A DNA stretch of 32,000 bases from Ruminococcus albus 7 = DSM 20455 (GTDB taxonomy: Bacteria > Bacillota > Clostridia > Oscillospirales > Ruminococcaceae). Below, piece after piece: positions 9,001 to 17,509 of the stretch. The notes beneath the pieces are model-generated. The model worked only from the letters and a program-made list of their open reading frames with translations. It had not been told where the DNA came from and ran no database searches. Made by a program: the position numbers and the translations under genes. The stretch spans positions 2,580,001 to 2,612,000 of the forward strand of contig NC_014833.1 of the NCBI RefSeq assembly GCF_000179635.2, read 5' to 3'. Numbering within the stretch: the stretch's first letter is position 1; each line of letters begins with the position of its first letter.

Positions 9001-9165
9001 CTATCCATTAATATCTCTTTTTATCAATCTCTCGATTTTATCCTCAGCGGTATCAGTCGAAGTTTCGCTGAAATGCGATACCACAATATATGTCATATTT
9101 CCGATAGTGATCTTACGCTCTATCGGTTTTATTTTATCTGTTTGCTCCGTTGTCTTTCTGTTCAA
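9001..9165 (-). CDS. TnpW-like small transposon-encoded protein
   Basis: TTG start at 9165 after GGAAGGG. IERKITIGNMTYIVVSHFSETSTDTAEDKIERLIKRDI matches my recollection of the TnpW family found in Tn4451-type elements. The upstream part of the 123-aa ORF overlaps the STAND gene start and is rejected. Confidence 0.45.
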   Translation of the reverse strand: MNRKTTEQTDKIKPIERKITIGNMTYIVVSHFSETSTDTAEDKIERLIKRDING

Positions 9166-9220
9166 TCTATCATCCCTTCCAAAATAATTATTTAAGTCCA
9201 AATAAACGCACAATAATACA

Positions 9221-9249
9221 TTGCAAATCACCCCAATTTGTGATATAAT
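9221..9249 (+). promoter_or_regulatory. sigma70-type promoter of the STAND NTPase gene
   Basis: TTGCAA (9221-9226), 17 nt, TATAAT (9244-9249) with TGn extended -10. Confidence 0.55.
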
Positions 9250-9279
9250 AGTTGTATAATTCTTTGTAGGAGGCACCCC

Positions 9280-11592
9280 ATGACCCGCTGCGATTTCTGC
9301 TCGATAATCAACATCATAACCGAATATATCAGCGAAGCAAAAGCCCTGAGCCAGACCGAGCTTGTATTTCAACTTTTCACCGAGTTCGCCAACGAGAATG
9401 ACGATTTCGATTTTGATCAGGGCAGAGTCAACCGCTGGTTCAAGGGTAAGGACGCGGTCAGTCCGACTATCACGCGCTTTTACTCTCAGGACGGTTACGC
9501 CGAATATCTCGCCTCCGACCTTGAAGAAAAAGTGTTTCCGCTGATGACCGACTACGATATGGCGGCGAAGGATATTTACGATCTGCTGATGAACGATATT
9601 TCAATTTCAGATACTAAGAAAAACGAATTGTCAGAACTATATCCACCGCAGAACTCGACCGATACCGCCGACTTCATTTCCGCTGTTCTGCTTTTCGGCA
9701 TGAACCGCAAATTTCAGAAGCGAGATACCAAAATGCTCACAAGCGGCACTTTGTCAGCGCCCGCCGCTGACATTATTATGTCGGGCTCTGTTCCGAATCC
9801 TTGTAAACACTTCTGCGGCAGAGATACCGAGCTTGAAGAACTTCACGCTCTGCTCGAAACTCACAGCAAGATTTTCATAACAAGTCTCGCCGGCATAGGT
9901 AAAAGCGAGTTTGCCAAAGCCTACGCCAAGACCTACAAATCAAGCTACACCAATATCCTATATTTCACCTACCCCGGCAGCCTGCAAACGCTCATTGAGG
10001 ACATGGATTTTGCCGACGATCTCCCGTCTGACGATAACACCACCCGCTTCAAAAAGCACAACCGCTTTTTGCGGAGCATGAAGCCCGACACGCTGCTGAT
10101 AATCGACAATTTCAATACCACCGCCGCGAACGAACCGCATCTTGACCTGCTGATGAAATACGGCTGTAAGATAATTTTCACCACGCGCAGCCGCTTTGAG
10201 GTCGGATATACATACGAACTGAACGAGATCAGCGACCTCGAAAGTCTGTTATCACTTGCCGCGTATTTCTATACCGACACTCCCGATCAGCGGCAGATAG
10301 TCGAAAGCATTATCGAAACCGTACACCGACACACTCTGTTGGTTGAACTATCAGCAAGGCTATTGCAGACGGGAATCCTTGAACCGAACGAAGTCCTCTC
10401 CAAGTTATCCGAAAGCACTGCCGCCCCCGAAGCGAACGACAAGATCAGCATAACGAAAGACGGTCATACCAAAAAGGCGACTTATCACAACCACATCAAG
10501 ACGCTGTTCTCACTTTTTGCGTTGTCCGATGAAATGCAGGCGGTCATGCGCTATGCAACTTTTATTCCCGCAAATGGTATTCGCAGGAGACTTTTCGCAA
10601 AGCTCATAAGCCTTGAAAGCATGGACACGATCAACGACTTGACCGAGGTGGGCTTTATCCAAAACCCCGAAATGGATAAGATCGTTCTTTACCCGCTTGT
10701 GCAGGAAATTATATTATCTGACCTTTGCCCCGATACCGAGAATTGCAGACCGCTGCTTGATAATATTCACCGCACCTGCTTGCAGCATGGCGTTGATATT
10801 CCTTACTATCCCGCGTTGTACGCAATTACGGAAAATATCGCGTACAAGATCACGGTTTGCGACAAATCCGATTATCTGCTTTTCGTAGAGGACGCTTTCG
10901 CCTATATGGAGAAATACCGTTACGCAAGCGGCATGAAAAAACTTGTTTCTGTGATGACCGACTTACTCTCAGATGAAACCGTAGGCACTCAGAACGACCG
11001 CGCCCTGCTGCTGAACAACCAAGCATCCTGCGAGGGTCTGCTGAACGGCAATTACAAAAAAGCCATCAACCTTGAAAAGCGCGCAATAAATATGTGCGAA
11101 CCGACAGACAATCCCTTGCTTGCCGCAAACCTCCACATGAACCTCGGCTATCTTTACCAGGCGAACGGCAAGACCGACCTTGCGAAGCCGAGTATGGAGA
11201 AAGCTATGCAGATTATCGCGGAGGTGAACACTTCGACCCACGATATGATTATCATGTCGCGCAACTACGCCCGACTTCTTGCGGAAACAGGCGAAGCCCG
11301 CCGGGCAATCACAGCTCTGCAAAAGTGCGCAGATTTCGTAAAGGCGACCAATTCCGAGACGACCTCCGACTACGCTGACCTCCTTTTCGACATAGCCGGG
11401 ATCACCTCTCAGTTAAGCGGCATCCAAGCCGCCGAGCCGTATTTTGTTCGTGCTTTCAAGATATACCGCGATATATTGCCCGATGATGATCTGCGCGAAA
11501 AAGCCGCGCTTGCCGTAAGATATTTTGAACGTGCCGGAGTAAAGTCTATCCCGAATTACCTCGCTCTCAATGAAAATGCTGCCACACCATAA
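9280..11592 (+). CDS. STAND (NB-ARC-type) NTPase with C-terminal TPR repeats and an uncharacterised ~185-aa N-terminal domain
   Basis: Has an AGGAGG RBS. Motifs: FCGRDTELEEL; P-loop SLAGIGKSEFA; Walker B LLIIDNF; NB-ARC-like IIFTTRSR. TPR-like repeats lie near the C-terminus (ANLHMNLGYLYQANGKTDLAKPSMEKAMQI and others). Confidence 0.75.
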   Translation: MTRCDFCSIINIITEYISEAKALSQTELVFQLFTEFANENDDFDFDQGRVNRWFKGKDAVSPTITRFYSQDGYAEYLASDLEEKVFPLMTDYDMAAKDIYDLLMNDISISDTKKNELSELYPPQNSTDTADFISAVLLFGMNRKFQKRDTKMLTSGTLSAPAADIIMSGSVPNPCKHFCGRDTELEELHALLETHSKIFITSLAGIGKSEFAKAYAKTYKSSYTNILYFTYPGSLQTLIEDMDFADDLPSDDNTTRFKKHNRFLRSMKPDTLLIIDNFNTTAANEPHLDLLMKYGCKIIFTTRSRFEVGYTYELNEISDLESLLSLAAYFYTDTPDQRQIVESIIETVHRHTLLVELSARLLQTGILEPNEVLSKLSESTAAPEANDKISITKDGHTKKATYHNHIKTLFSLFALSDEMQAVMRYATFIPANGIRRRLFAKLISLESMDTINDLTEVGFIQNPEMDKIVLYPLVQEIILSDLCPDTENCRPLLDNIHRTCLQHGVDIPYYPALYAITENIAYKITVCDKSDYLLFVEDAFAYMEKYRYASGMKKLVSVMTDLLSDETVGTQNDRALLLNNQASCEGLLNGNYKKAINLEKRAINMCEPTDNPLLAANLHMNLGYLYQANGKTDLAKPSMEKAMQIIAEVNTSTHDMIIMSRNYARLLAETGEARRAITALQKCADFVKATNSETTSDYADLLFDIAGITSQLSGIQAAEPYFVRAFKIYRDILPDDDLREKAALAVRYFERAGVKSIPNYLALNENAATP

Positions 11593-12073
11593 TGACCGTC
11601 TGCACGATGACCGCAACAGGAGCAAGGCTGTACCAAAGCCACGCAAGCCCCGTCGCATGACTTGCGGTATTCAGCTTTTCGGCGCTCTTATCCACCGCCG
11701 TTTCGATATTAGTTACGGAGGTTTTGGTGTGTTCAAGCATCTTATCGACCGCCTCGTTCTGCTTCTTCATAATGTTTGTTAGGTTGTCGTTAAGCACCTT
11801 AGCGGTGTCTTTTCTTACGCTTTGCCGGTACTCCTCCTGCAAGTCGAGCAGGCGCAGTTGGCTCTCTTTCATCTCGCGGAGCTCGTTCTGAGTATCGCGG
11901 GTGTAGTTCGTCAACACCTCGTAAAGCCTGTCCACAGTCGCGAGCAGTAGCGTGATCTGGTACTTGTCCTCTGCTGCCCGACGGTCTTCCTCTCTCAAAT
12001 GCTGCACCTTCTGCCACAGGCTCGACAATTCTTCCTGCGGCGTGGCTCCTTGTGTATTTCGTGGCAAGCTCAT
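11567..12073 (-). CDS. coiled-coil protein with a C-terminal TM helix (Mob accessory?)
   Basis: Own RBS AAGGAAGGGG and an in-frame stop just upstream of the ATG. C-terminus is GLAWLWYSLAPVAVIVQTVIMVW. It lies inside the 3' tail of the relaxase ORF in another frame. Confidence 0.5.
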   Translation of the reverse strand: MSLPRNTQGATPQEELSSLWQKVQHLREEDRRAAEDKYQITLLLATVDRLYEVLTNYTRDTQNELREMKESQLRLLDLQEEYRQSVRKDTAKVLNDNLTNIMKKQNEAVDKMLEHTKTSVTNIETAVDKSAEKLNTASHATGLAWLWYSLAPVAVIVQTVIMVWQHFH

Positions 12074-12908
12074 ATTCTATCCCCTTCCTTGTGTATAGAT
12101 CTCCTAACCGACTTCCGCGCACCGAAACCGGTTCTCCATTCTTATTCAAATACTGCGGGTGCCGATACGAAACCGTATTCCCTGCGACCCTGCACTCAAC
12201 ATTATAATGCTCCTTCAGCCCGAGAATGACATCATCAAAAGTATGATTCAGCGGATCGGCGATCTCAATTCTTATTACCTCGCGCAGCTCGTCCTTGAAG
12301 CTCTCCGCACCGCGCTTTTTCATCTGCGCTTCACCGAAAGTCAGCTTATCTTTCTGACGTCCCATGTCATGGTTATAGAAATTGTCTCGAACCGAATTGG
12401 TAAAACCATATTCAAGGCATTTTCGCCCAAAGTATTCAGACATTTCATATAAATCCTTTTGACTTCTGCGATATGACCTTCCCGTATTCATATTGCAATT
12501 ACTGATGAGAAAATGCACATGAACATGGTCTGTATCGGTATGCACCGCGAAAAGCACCTCAAAACCTTTGCTGTGTATAAAATGTTCAGCGAAATCCAGC
12601 GATATCTCGAATGCGGTTTTGTGATCGACATTATCCAACGGGTGAAATGATATTGACATTTTATGCGCGAGGATCGTATTCTTCTTGTGCTTTGAATAGC
12701 TTTTCCCGTTCAGCTTGCGGGTGACGAGTATATTATTTGCAAAGTTCTCACGGTTGCAGCCGAGCGCGGTGTAAAGCTCGATATCGGTTTTCTTCACACC
12801 GCTTTCGACCTGCTGTTTTTGCCGACCGAGCATATACTCCGCTGCGGCTTTCAGCGCCCCGACCGACTTGCATGGCGCATAATCGACATTCACATTCCCG
12901 AACGGCAT
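11799..12908 (-). CDS. relaxase / mobilisation nuclease (MobA/VirD2 family); the last ~90 codons are probably non-native read-through
   Basis: Has the HTDTDHVHVHF histidine triad (HxDxxxHxH) and a conserved N-terminal region. Its ATG overlaps the mobC stop (TAATG). The C-terminal tail (AAGRIVEPVAEGAAFERGRPSGSRG...) is Arg/Gly/Ala-rich and overlaps the 11567-12073 gene. Confidence 0.8.
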   Translation of the reverse strand: MPFGNVNVDYAPCKSVGALKAAAEYMLGRQKQQVESGVKKTDIELYTALGCNRENFANNILVTRKLNGKSYSKHKKNTILAHKMSISFHPLDNVDHKTAFEISLDFAEHFIHSKGFEVLFAVHTDTDHVHVHFLISNCNMNTGRSYRRSQKDLYEMSEYFGRKCLEYGFTNSVRDNFYNHDMGRQKDKLTFGEAQMKKRGAESFKDELREVIRIEIADPLNHTFDDVILGLKEHYNVECRVAGNTVSYRHPQYLNKNGEPVSVRGSRLGDLYTRKGIEYELATKYTRSHAAGRIVEPVAEGAAFERGRPSGSRGQVPDHATARDCGQALRGVDELHPRYSERAPRDEREPTAPARLAGGVPAKRKKRHR

Positions 12909-13246
12909 TATCCCTCCGTGAGCGGCTTGTCAAGGAATGCCGAAAGCCTGTCCATCGCCGCACAGAAGCTGTTCTGATAATACCGGAGCGCAGTCTGCGC
13001 CTTGTCGCTCTGAAACGTATTAGCGAGATACGCCACCTGATTCAGATTTACGCCGATCTTCCGCAGTTCGTGCATTATCGCTTTGACATCATCATCGAAG
13101 AGATATACCTTAATATCAGTATCACGAACCATTTTTACGAAGAAATCAGTCTTTCCGAGACCACTTGCGGTACGTTTTTTCTCGAATGCCGCAAGTTCTT
13201 CCTTGGTCAGCCTTATGTTAAACTGCTTGTCTCTAACTCTATTCAT
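12908..13246 (-). CDS. mobC: MobC-family relaxosome accessory protein
   Basis: RHH-like N-terminus FNIRLTKEELAAFEKK and the characteristic GVNLNQVAYLAN motif. AAAGGAG RBS present. Confidence 0.8.
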   Translation of the reverse strand: MNRVRDKQFNIRLTKEELAAFEKKRTASGLGKTDFFVKMVRDTDIKVYLFDDDVKAIMHELRKIGVNLNQVAYLANTFQSDKAQTALRYYQNSFCAAMDRLSAFLDKPLTEG

Positions 13247-13258
13247 TTAGCTCCTTTC

Positions 13259-13645
13259 TCAGCCGCCGACAAAATCCATATCAATGTCATCGGCTGAAAC
13301 GTCGTTATCATTATTATTCGTTATGTTTATCGTCGGCGCAGCGCTGTATGGCATGACCATTTTCGTAAAGCACGCCGCGAGGAACGACGGAAGTGCTTTC
13401 TCAACACCGTTTTCCACCGCATTTACTATCTGCTCTACAAAACGTTCCTCTCGCTCGCGAGTCTCGAAATACGGGTCATCTTTCCGTCGGTAATACCGCT
13501 TGAAATACTCCGTAACAGCCATCGCGACCGCATGACTGTATGACTTGAACTCGTCCTTGTCCATACTATGCAAGTATTCCCAAGCCTGACGGTCGAGCGG
13601 CTTGTCAATGTTGAAACGCAGCGTTGTGCATTTTATGTTGCTCAT
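13259..13645 (-). CDS. ParR-like / RHH centromere-binding adaptor (hypothetical)
   Basis: Lies immediately downstream of the parM-like gene (1-nt gap) with a GGAGGG RBS. N-terminus is TLRFNIDKPLDRQAWEYL and the tail is acidic. Function is inferred from position only. Confidence 0.4.
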   Translation of the reverse strand: MSNIKCTTLRFNIDKPLDRQAWEYLHSMDKDEFKSYSHAVAMAVTEYFKRYYRRKDDPYFETREREERFVEQIVNAVENGVEKALPSFLAACFTKMVMPYSAAPTINITNNNDNDVSADDIDMDFVGG

Positions 13646-13646
13646 A

Positions 13647-14564
13647 TTATCCCTCCTTCAACTGCTGAAAAGCAATAGTTTCGTAGCCCTTAGCAGCGGC
13701 ACAGATGTCATCAATTATCGTTACACGGCTTGCATCAAACTCTCCGAAATTCTTGACGATACAGCCGCCTCCGCCTGCAACATAGAGCCGCATCAGCTCG
13801 GGGTCATACTCATACTTTGCAAGGGTCTGGAGCAGATCAGTGCAATATGATTTGATAGTATCGGTTATGCAATTCAAATATTTTTCCGAAATATCCGCCT
13901 TGCCTGTTCTTATCACCTGCTCAATAATGCTCTCGTCGATTTTCGTGCAAAACTTGTCCATTACCGCATTTTTCGCAGATATCACGCACTGATTTACGCC
14001 GAGCTTTTCCGTGTAGCACTTGCTCTCGATAGGGCGTTTGTTGTTGATGAACATGATGTTCATGGTTCCGTTGCCGATGTCCGCGAGCATATTTACGCCG
14101 GTCAGCTGCGTCAGACGGTCGATCACGGCAGGATACCCCTGCGGATAGATCGAGCAGCCAACAATATGCAGCTTGTACGCCACATCATTGAACGTGAATT
14201 TGACGTTCTTATTCTTCGTAATGTACCTGCGGAAATCCTCTCTCTGCGTCTTGACCCAAGTCAGTGGTAGCCCTGCTGCGATATGCACATCGGCTTCGGT
14301 GCAGTAAGTACATTTCAGTTCCTGAGCTATTGCCACAAGCGTCAGTAAGTAAAAATCCTCGTCCATGCTTTTATCAGCGATAAACGCCTTATGTCCTTCG
14401 CCTATGCGATAATACATACTGTCATACTGCAAGATATTTCCATCAAAGGTCGGCTTTGTAGGGTATGCCGTTATCCCCGTCGGCATGATCGTGTTTGCTG
14501 TTTTGATGTTGCCATATCCGTGGTCAACGCCTATGATCTTCGTTCCATTCTTTAGTTCTCTCAT
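13647..14564 (-). CDS. parM: ParM/StbA-family actin-like segregation ATPase
   Basis: Start at MRELKNGTKIIGVDHGYGNIKT after GGAGGG. Phosphate-binding motifs GVDHGYGNIK and LADIGNGTMNI. Confidence 0.75.
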   Translation of the reverse strand: MRELKNGTKIIGVDHGYGNIKTANTIMPTGITAYPTKPTFDGNILQYDSMYYRIGEGHKAFIADKSMDEDFYLLTLVAIAQELKCTYCTEADVHIAAGLPLTWVKTQREDFRRYITKNKNVKFTFNDVAYKLHIVGCSIYPQGYPAVIDRLTQLTGVNMLADIGNGTMNIMFINNKRPIESKCYTEKLGVNQCVISAKNAVMDKFCTKIDESIIEQVIRTGKADISEKYLNCITDTIKSYCTDLLQTLAKYEYDPELMRLYVAGGGGCIVKNFGEFDASRVTIIDDICAAAKGYETIAFQQLKEG

Positions 14565-14782
14565 TAAAAATCCCTCCGTTTCATGTTGTGACGGTTTTAG
14601 TATCGCTCTGATACCTCCCGTCAAGAATAATTATACCAGCGATCTCACGATTTGACATTGACTCAAAAATGACTGAAAAATGATTGTTTTTACGCTGCAA
14701 AAACACCTCTGATACCAAAAATCGGCGGGCGCATACGCGCCTGAAATCAAATTGAAGTAAAAATGATATTAAAAATATGCAC

Positions 14783-14825
14783 AAAAAAACAGCGGTACCG
14801 AACATAGTGCGTTTCGGTATCGCTG
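14783..14825 (-). terminator. strong hairpin plus T-run (orphan terminator / insulator)
   Basis: 13-bp stem CAGCGGTACCGAA (14790-14802) / TTCGGTATCGCTG (14813-14825, one mismatch). On the minus strand it is followed by T7. No minus-strand gene lies upstream of it. Confidence 0.4.
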
Positions 14826-15364
14826 TTATGCGTTTTATTCGGTTTTCGGTGCCAGCCTTGAAAACGGTGAGGCAAAAACATTTCATGCTGCGTAAATGGC
14901 AGCATAGGCAGGTAGCACCGCTGGCTATACAAACCCCGACTTTGGGCGGGCTTTGCATAGGCTGCGCGGTACTACCTGCTCAGAGGGGAAGACCCCTCCG
15001 AGACCTCCCCTAAAGCAGAGCATATGCTCTGTAAAAGCAAGGCTTCTGCTGAGGTGTGTGCAGAAGCCTTTGATCCTGCTAATTACATATATAGAAAGAT
15101 ATATAAGCTAATTACAGTGTTTATAAACAGATTATTACTCTTCGTTCATCACTTAGACACAAACGTCTTGCTCCTTATTCCTTTGATCATAATAACGTTT
15201 TGAATGATTGCACATACAGATGAGAAATAAGCTTAGAAGATAACCTAAATCATTACGTTATGAGTTTTGGACCGAGTGAATATGAAAACAGAAATTAAAT
15301 AACTTTTATTTAGGCATTTATGAAATTGATGGAATAACCTTTAATTGTGATAAATAGCGAAAAA

Positions 15365-15427
15365 TTTAGTTTGTACTAAAAAAATCACCGCAAATCTGTT
15401 GACTTTCAACGGAATTTAATATATAAT
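15365..15427 (+). promoter_or_regulatory. promoter of the C-protein/methyltransferase operon with an upstream palindrome (candidate C-box)
   Basis: TTGACT (15399-15404), 17 nt, TATAAT (15422-15427). The palindrome TTTAGTttgtACTAAA is at 15365-15380. Confidence 0.5.
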
Positions 15428-15482
15428 AATATTTGTTTAGTATTTGGGATTATTTGCAATTTTTTTCTTCGGGGGTGATAGA

Positions 15483-15719
15483 GTGGCTGTGAGTTACAGA
15501 AAACTATGGCATTTAATGTTGGATAAGAGAATTAGTAAAACTGAACTTGAAAAGTTGGCAGGTATTTCAGATTATACTATGCGAAAACTAAATAGGGATG
15601 ATGACGTATCAACTGAAGTTCTTACAAGTATATGCGCTGCACTGAATTGTGAAGTTCAAGACATCGTTGACTTCATACCTACAAAAAATAGTAATTTTGT
15701 GTTTGAGGATGACAAATGA
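15483..15719 (+). CDS. XRE-family HTH protein (controller/C-protein-like)
   Basis: GTG start (15483 or 15489) after GGGGGTGA. HTH region is ISKTELEKLAGISDYTMRKLNRDDDVSTEVLTSICAALNC. Its stop overlaps the next ATG (ATGA). Confidence 0.75.
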   Translation: MAVSYRKLWHLMLDKRISKTELEKLAGISDYTMRKLNRDDDVSTEVLTSICAALNCEVQDIVDFIPTKNSNFVFEDDK

Positions 15720-17509
15720 AAAAGACAGAACAATCTATTAAAAAGTTATTTATGAAGCCGCTTTCCTCAACTCGCGGTGGTGCATTTTATAATGCTTTCC
15801 CATATCCTACTAAGATTTCTCCGGAAGCAATTGCCATATATATCGCTTCAGCAACTAAGCCAGGTGAAAAGATACTTGATGCGTTTTCCGGAAGCGGGAG
15901 TACTGGAATAGCAGCTCTGCTTTCGGAATATCCGACTAAAAAAATGATTACAACAGCAATGGCACTCGGGATAAAACCAACTTGGGGTAGCAGAAATGCA
16001 GTACTTTATGAGATTGGGACTTACGCTACTTTTGCAACGAGAACGCTTACTAACCGGCTCAAGGCTAAGGATTATTCGATTGCCGTCAAGAGCTTTATTG
16101 AAAAAGCTAAGGAACTTGTTGGTGGTTATTATTTTGCCAAATCGCCTAATGGCTCATCTGGAACAATCCGCTACGCCATCTGGACTGAGTTTTTAGTTTG
16201 TCCTGAGTGTGGGGCTGAAATTGACTATTTTACGAATGGAACATCGAGAAATCCAGCAACGTTCAAAAAATCTGTCGAATGCCATCATTGCCGAAAAACC
16301 TGTTCAGTAGACGAAATGACTTTTGCAACTGAAGAATACTACGACAAGCTACTAAAAAGAACTATATCTCGTAAAAAGCGAAAGTTAGCATGGATTTATG
16401 GAACAAGCAAAGGCGAAAACTGGGATCGAGCAGCGACCACGGAAGACGAAGCTTTTATAAGAAAACTCGAAAATGAGTTTGTTCCAAATGAGTTACCACG
16501 GGAAATTAAATGGGGAGATTTGCACCGTGCAGGATATCATTATGGGATCACGCATCTCCACCATTTTTATACTATTAGAAATTATCGAGTGATGTCAGCA
16601 CTTTGGGAACTGGCAGGAACGTATCCAGAACGCGAGGCTGATGCGCTCAAGCTCCTCCTTCTTAGCTATAACGGAGCGCACTGCACTCTTATGACCAGAG
16701 TTGTTGCTAAACATAACGCAAAGGATTTTGTTCTGACCAGTGCCCAAAGCGGAGTACTTTATATTAGCAAGCTGCCGGTAGAAAAAAATATCTTGCTCGG
16801 ATTGCAAAGAAAGGCAAAGCCGTTTGAGGAATGTTATAAGATGCTCGAAAACTGTCACGGAACGATCGAGATTAGGAATGTTTCGAGTACAAAAATGATT
16901 GAACTAGATAAGAGTATCGACTTTGTGTTTACTGATCCTCCGTTTGGAGACTATATTCCTTATGCTGAAGTGAACCAAATCAATGAGCTTTGGCTTCCGA
17001 AGGTCACAGAGCGGTCTGAAGAAGTGATTATTAGCAACGCTCAGCAAAAGAATGAAGATAATTACCGAGATATGCTAACAAAAGTTTTCAGAGAGATAAA
17101 TCGCGTCGCTACAGATGATTGTTCAATTGCTATGGTTTTCCATGCCGCAAAAGCATCGATTTGGGGGACATTCGCAGATGCTGTCAAGTCAGCTGGACTA
17201 GAGATTGAGCAATCTAGTTTTCTTGACAAAACACAGGCGAGCTTTAAACAAGTTGTCTCAAAAACAGCTGTTCAAGGCGACCCCATCTTTCTTCTTAAAA
17301 AAAGTGAATCAGGAAAAACGGTGATTATAAATGAAGAATTAATTCTTAGGCAAGTTGTCGCGGACAATCCACATGAAACGGAAATTGAACAACGCCATTG
17401 TTATTCTCTATATATAGGAAAATGCATGGAAAACGGTATTAGTGTACAAAGAGACGCTGTTCAGGTATATGAGTATATTCGTAATCTGCGGGAGGCAGAA
17501 ACATTATGA
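15716..17509 (+). CDS. Zn-ribbon-containing DNA methyltransferase (COG1743/DUF1156-style; N6-A or N4-C)
   Basis: AdoMet motif ILDAFSGSGSTGIAA at about aa 55. Zn ribbon CPECG...CHHCRK at about aa 165-195. Motif IV FVFTDPPFGDYIPY at about aa 405. C-terminal region MVFHAAKASIWGTFADAVKSAGLEI. Confidence 0.85.
   Translation: MKKTEQSIKKLFMKPLSSTRGGAFYNAFPYPTKISPEAIAIYIASATKPGEKILDAFSGSGSTGIAALLSEYPTKKMITTAMALGIKPTWGSRNAVLYEIGTYATFATRTLTNRLKAKDYSIAVKSFIEKAKELVGGYYFAKSPNGSSGTIRYAIWTEFLVCPECGAEIDYFTNGTSRNPATFKKSVECHHCRKTCSVDEMTFATEEYYDKLLKRTISRKKRKLAWIYGTSKGENWDRAATTEDEAFIRKLENEFVPNELPREIKWGDLHRAGYHYGITHLHHFYTIRNYRVMSALWELAGTYPEREADALKLLLLSYNGAHCTLMTRVVAKHNAKDFVLTSAQSGVLYISKLPVEKNILLGLQRKAKPFEECYKMLENCHGTIEIRNVSSTKMIELDKSIDFVFTDPPFGDYIPYAEVNQINELWLPKVTERSEEVIISNAQQKNEDNYRDMLTKVFREINRVATDDCSIAMVFHAAKASIWGTFADAVKSAGLEIEQSSFLDKTQASFKQVVSKTAVQGDPIFLLKKSESGKTVIINEELILRQVVADNPHETEIEQRHCYSLYIGKCMENGISVQRDAVQVYEYIRNLREAETL

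Noticed and set aside
9166-9372. N-terminal 69 codons of the 123-aa ORF 9001-9372
   Set aside because: This part overlaps the promoter, RBS and start of the STAND gene and has no protein-like features. Only the TTG-initiated 54-codon TnpW-like part is kept.
12737-13297. 186-aa plus-strand ORF
   Set aside because: It is antisense to mobC and the relaxase 5' end, and its Arg/Ser-rich composition is typical of a shadow ORF. The same reasoning applies to 12748-12963 and 13284-13493.
14581-15013. ORFs 14581-14958(-), 14747-14932(-) and 14777-15013(+)
   Set aside because: They lie in the hairpin- and iteron-rich non-coding region, traverse strong stem-loops, lack an RBS and do not look protein-like.
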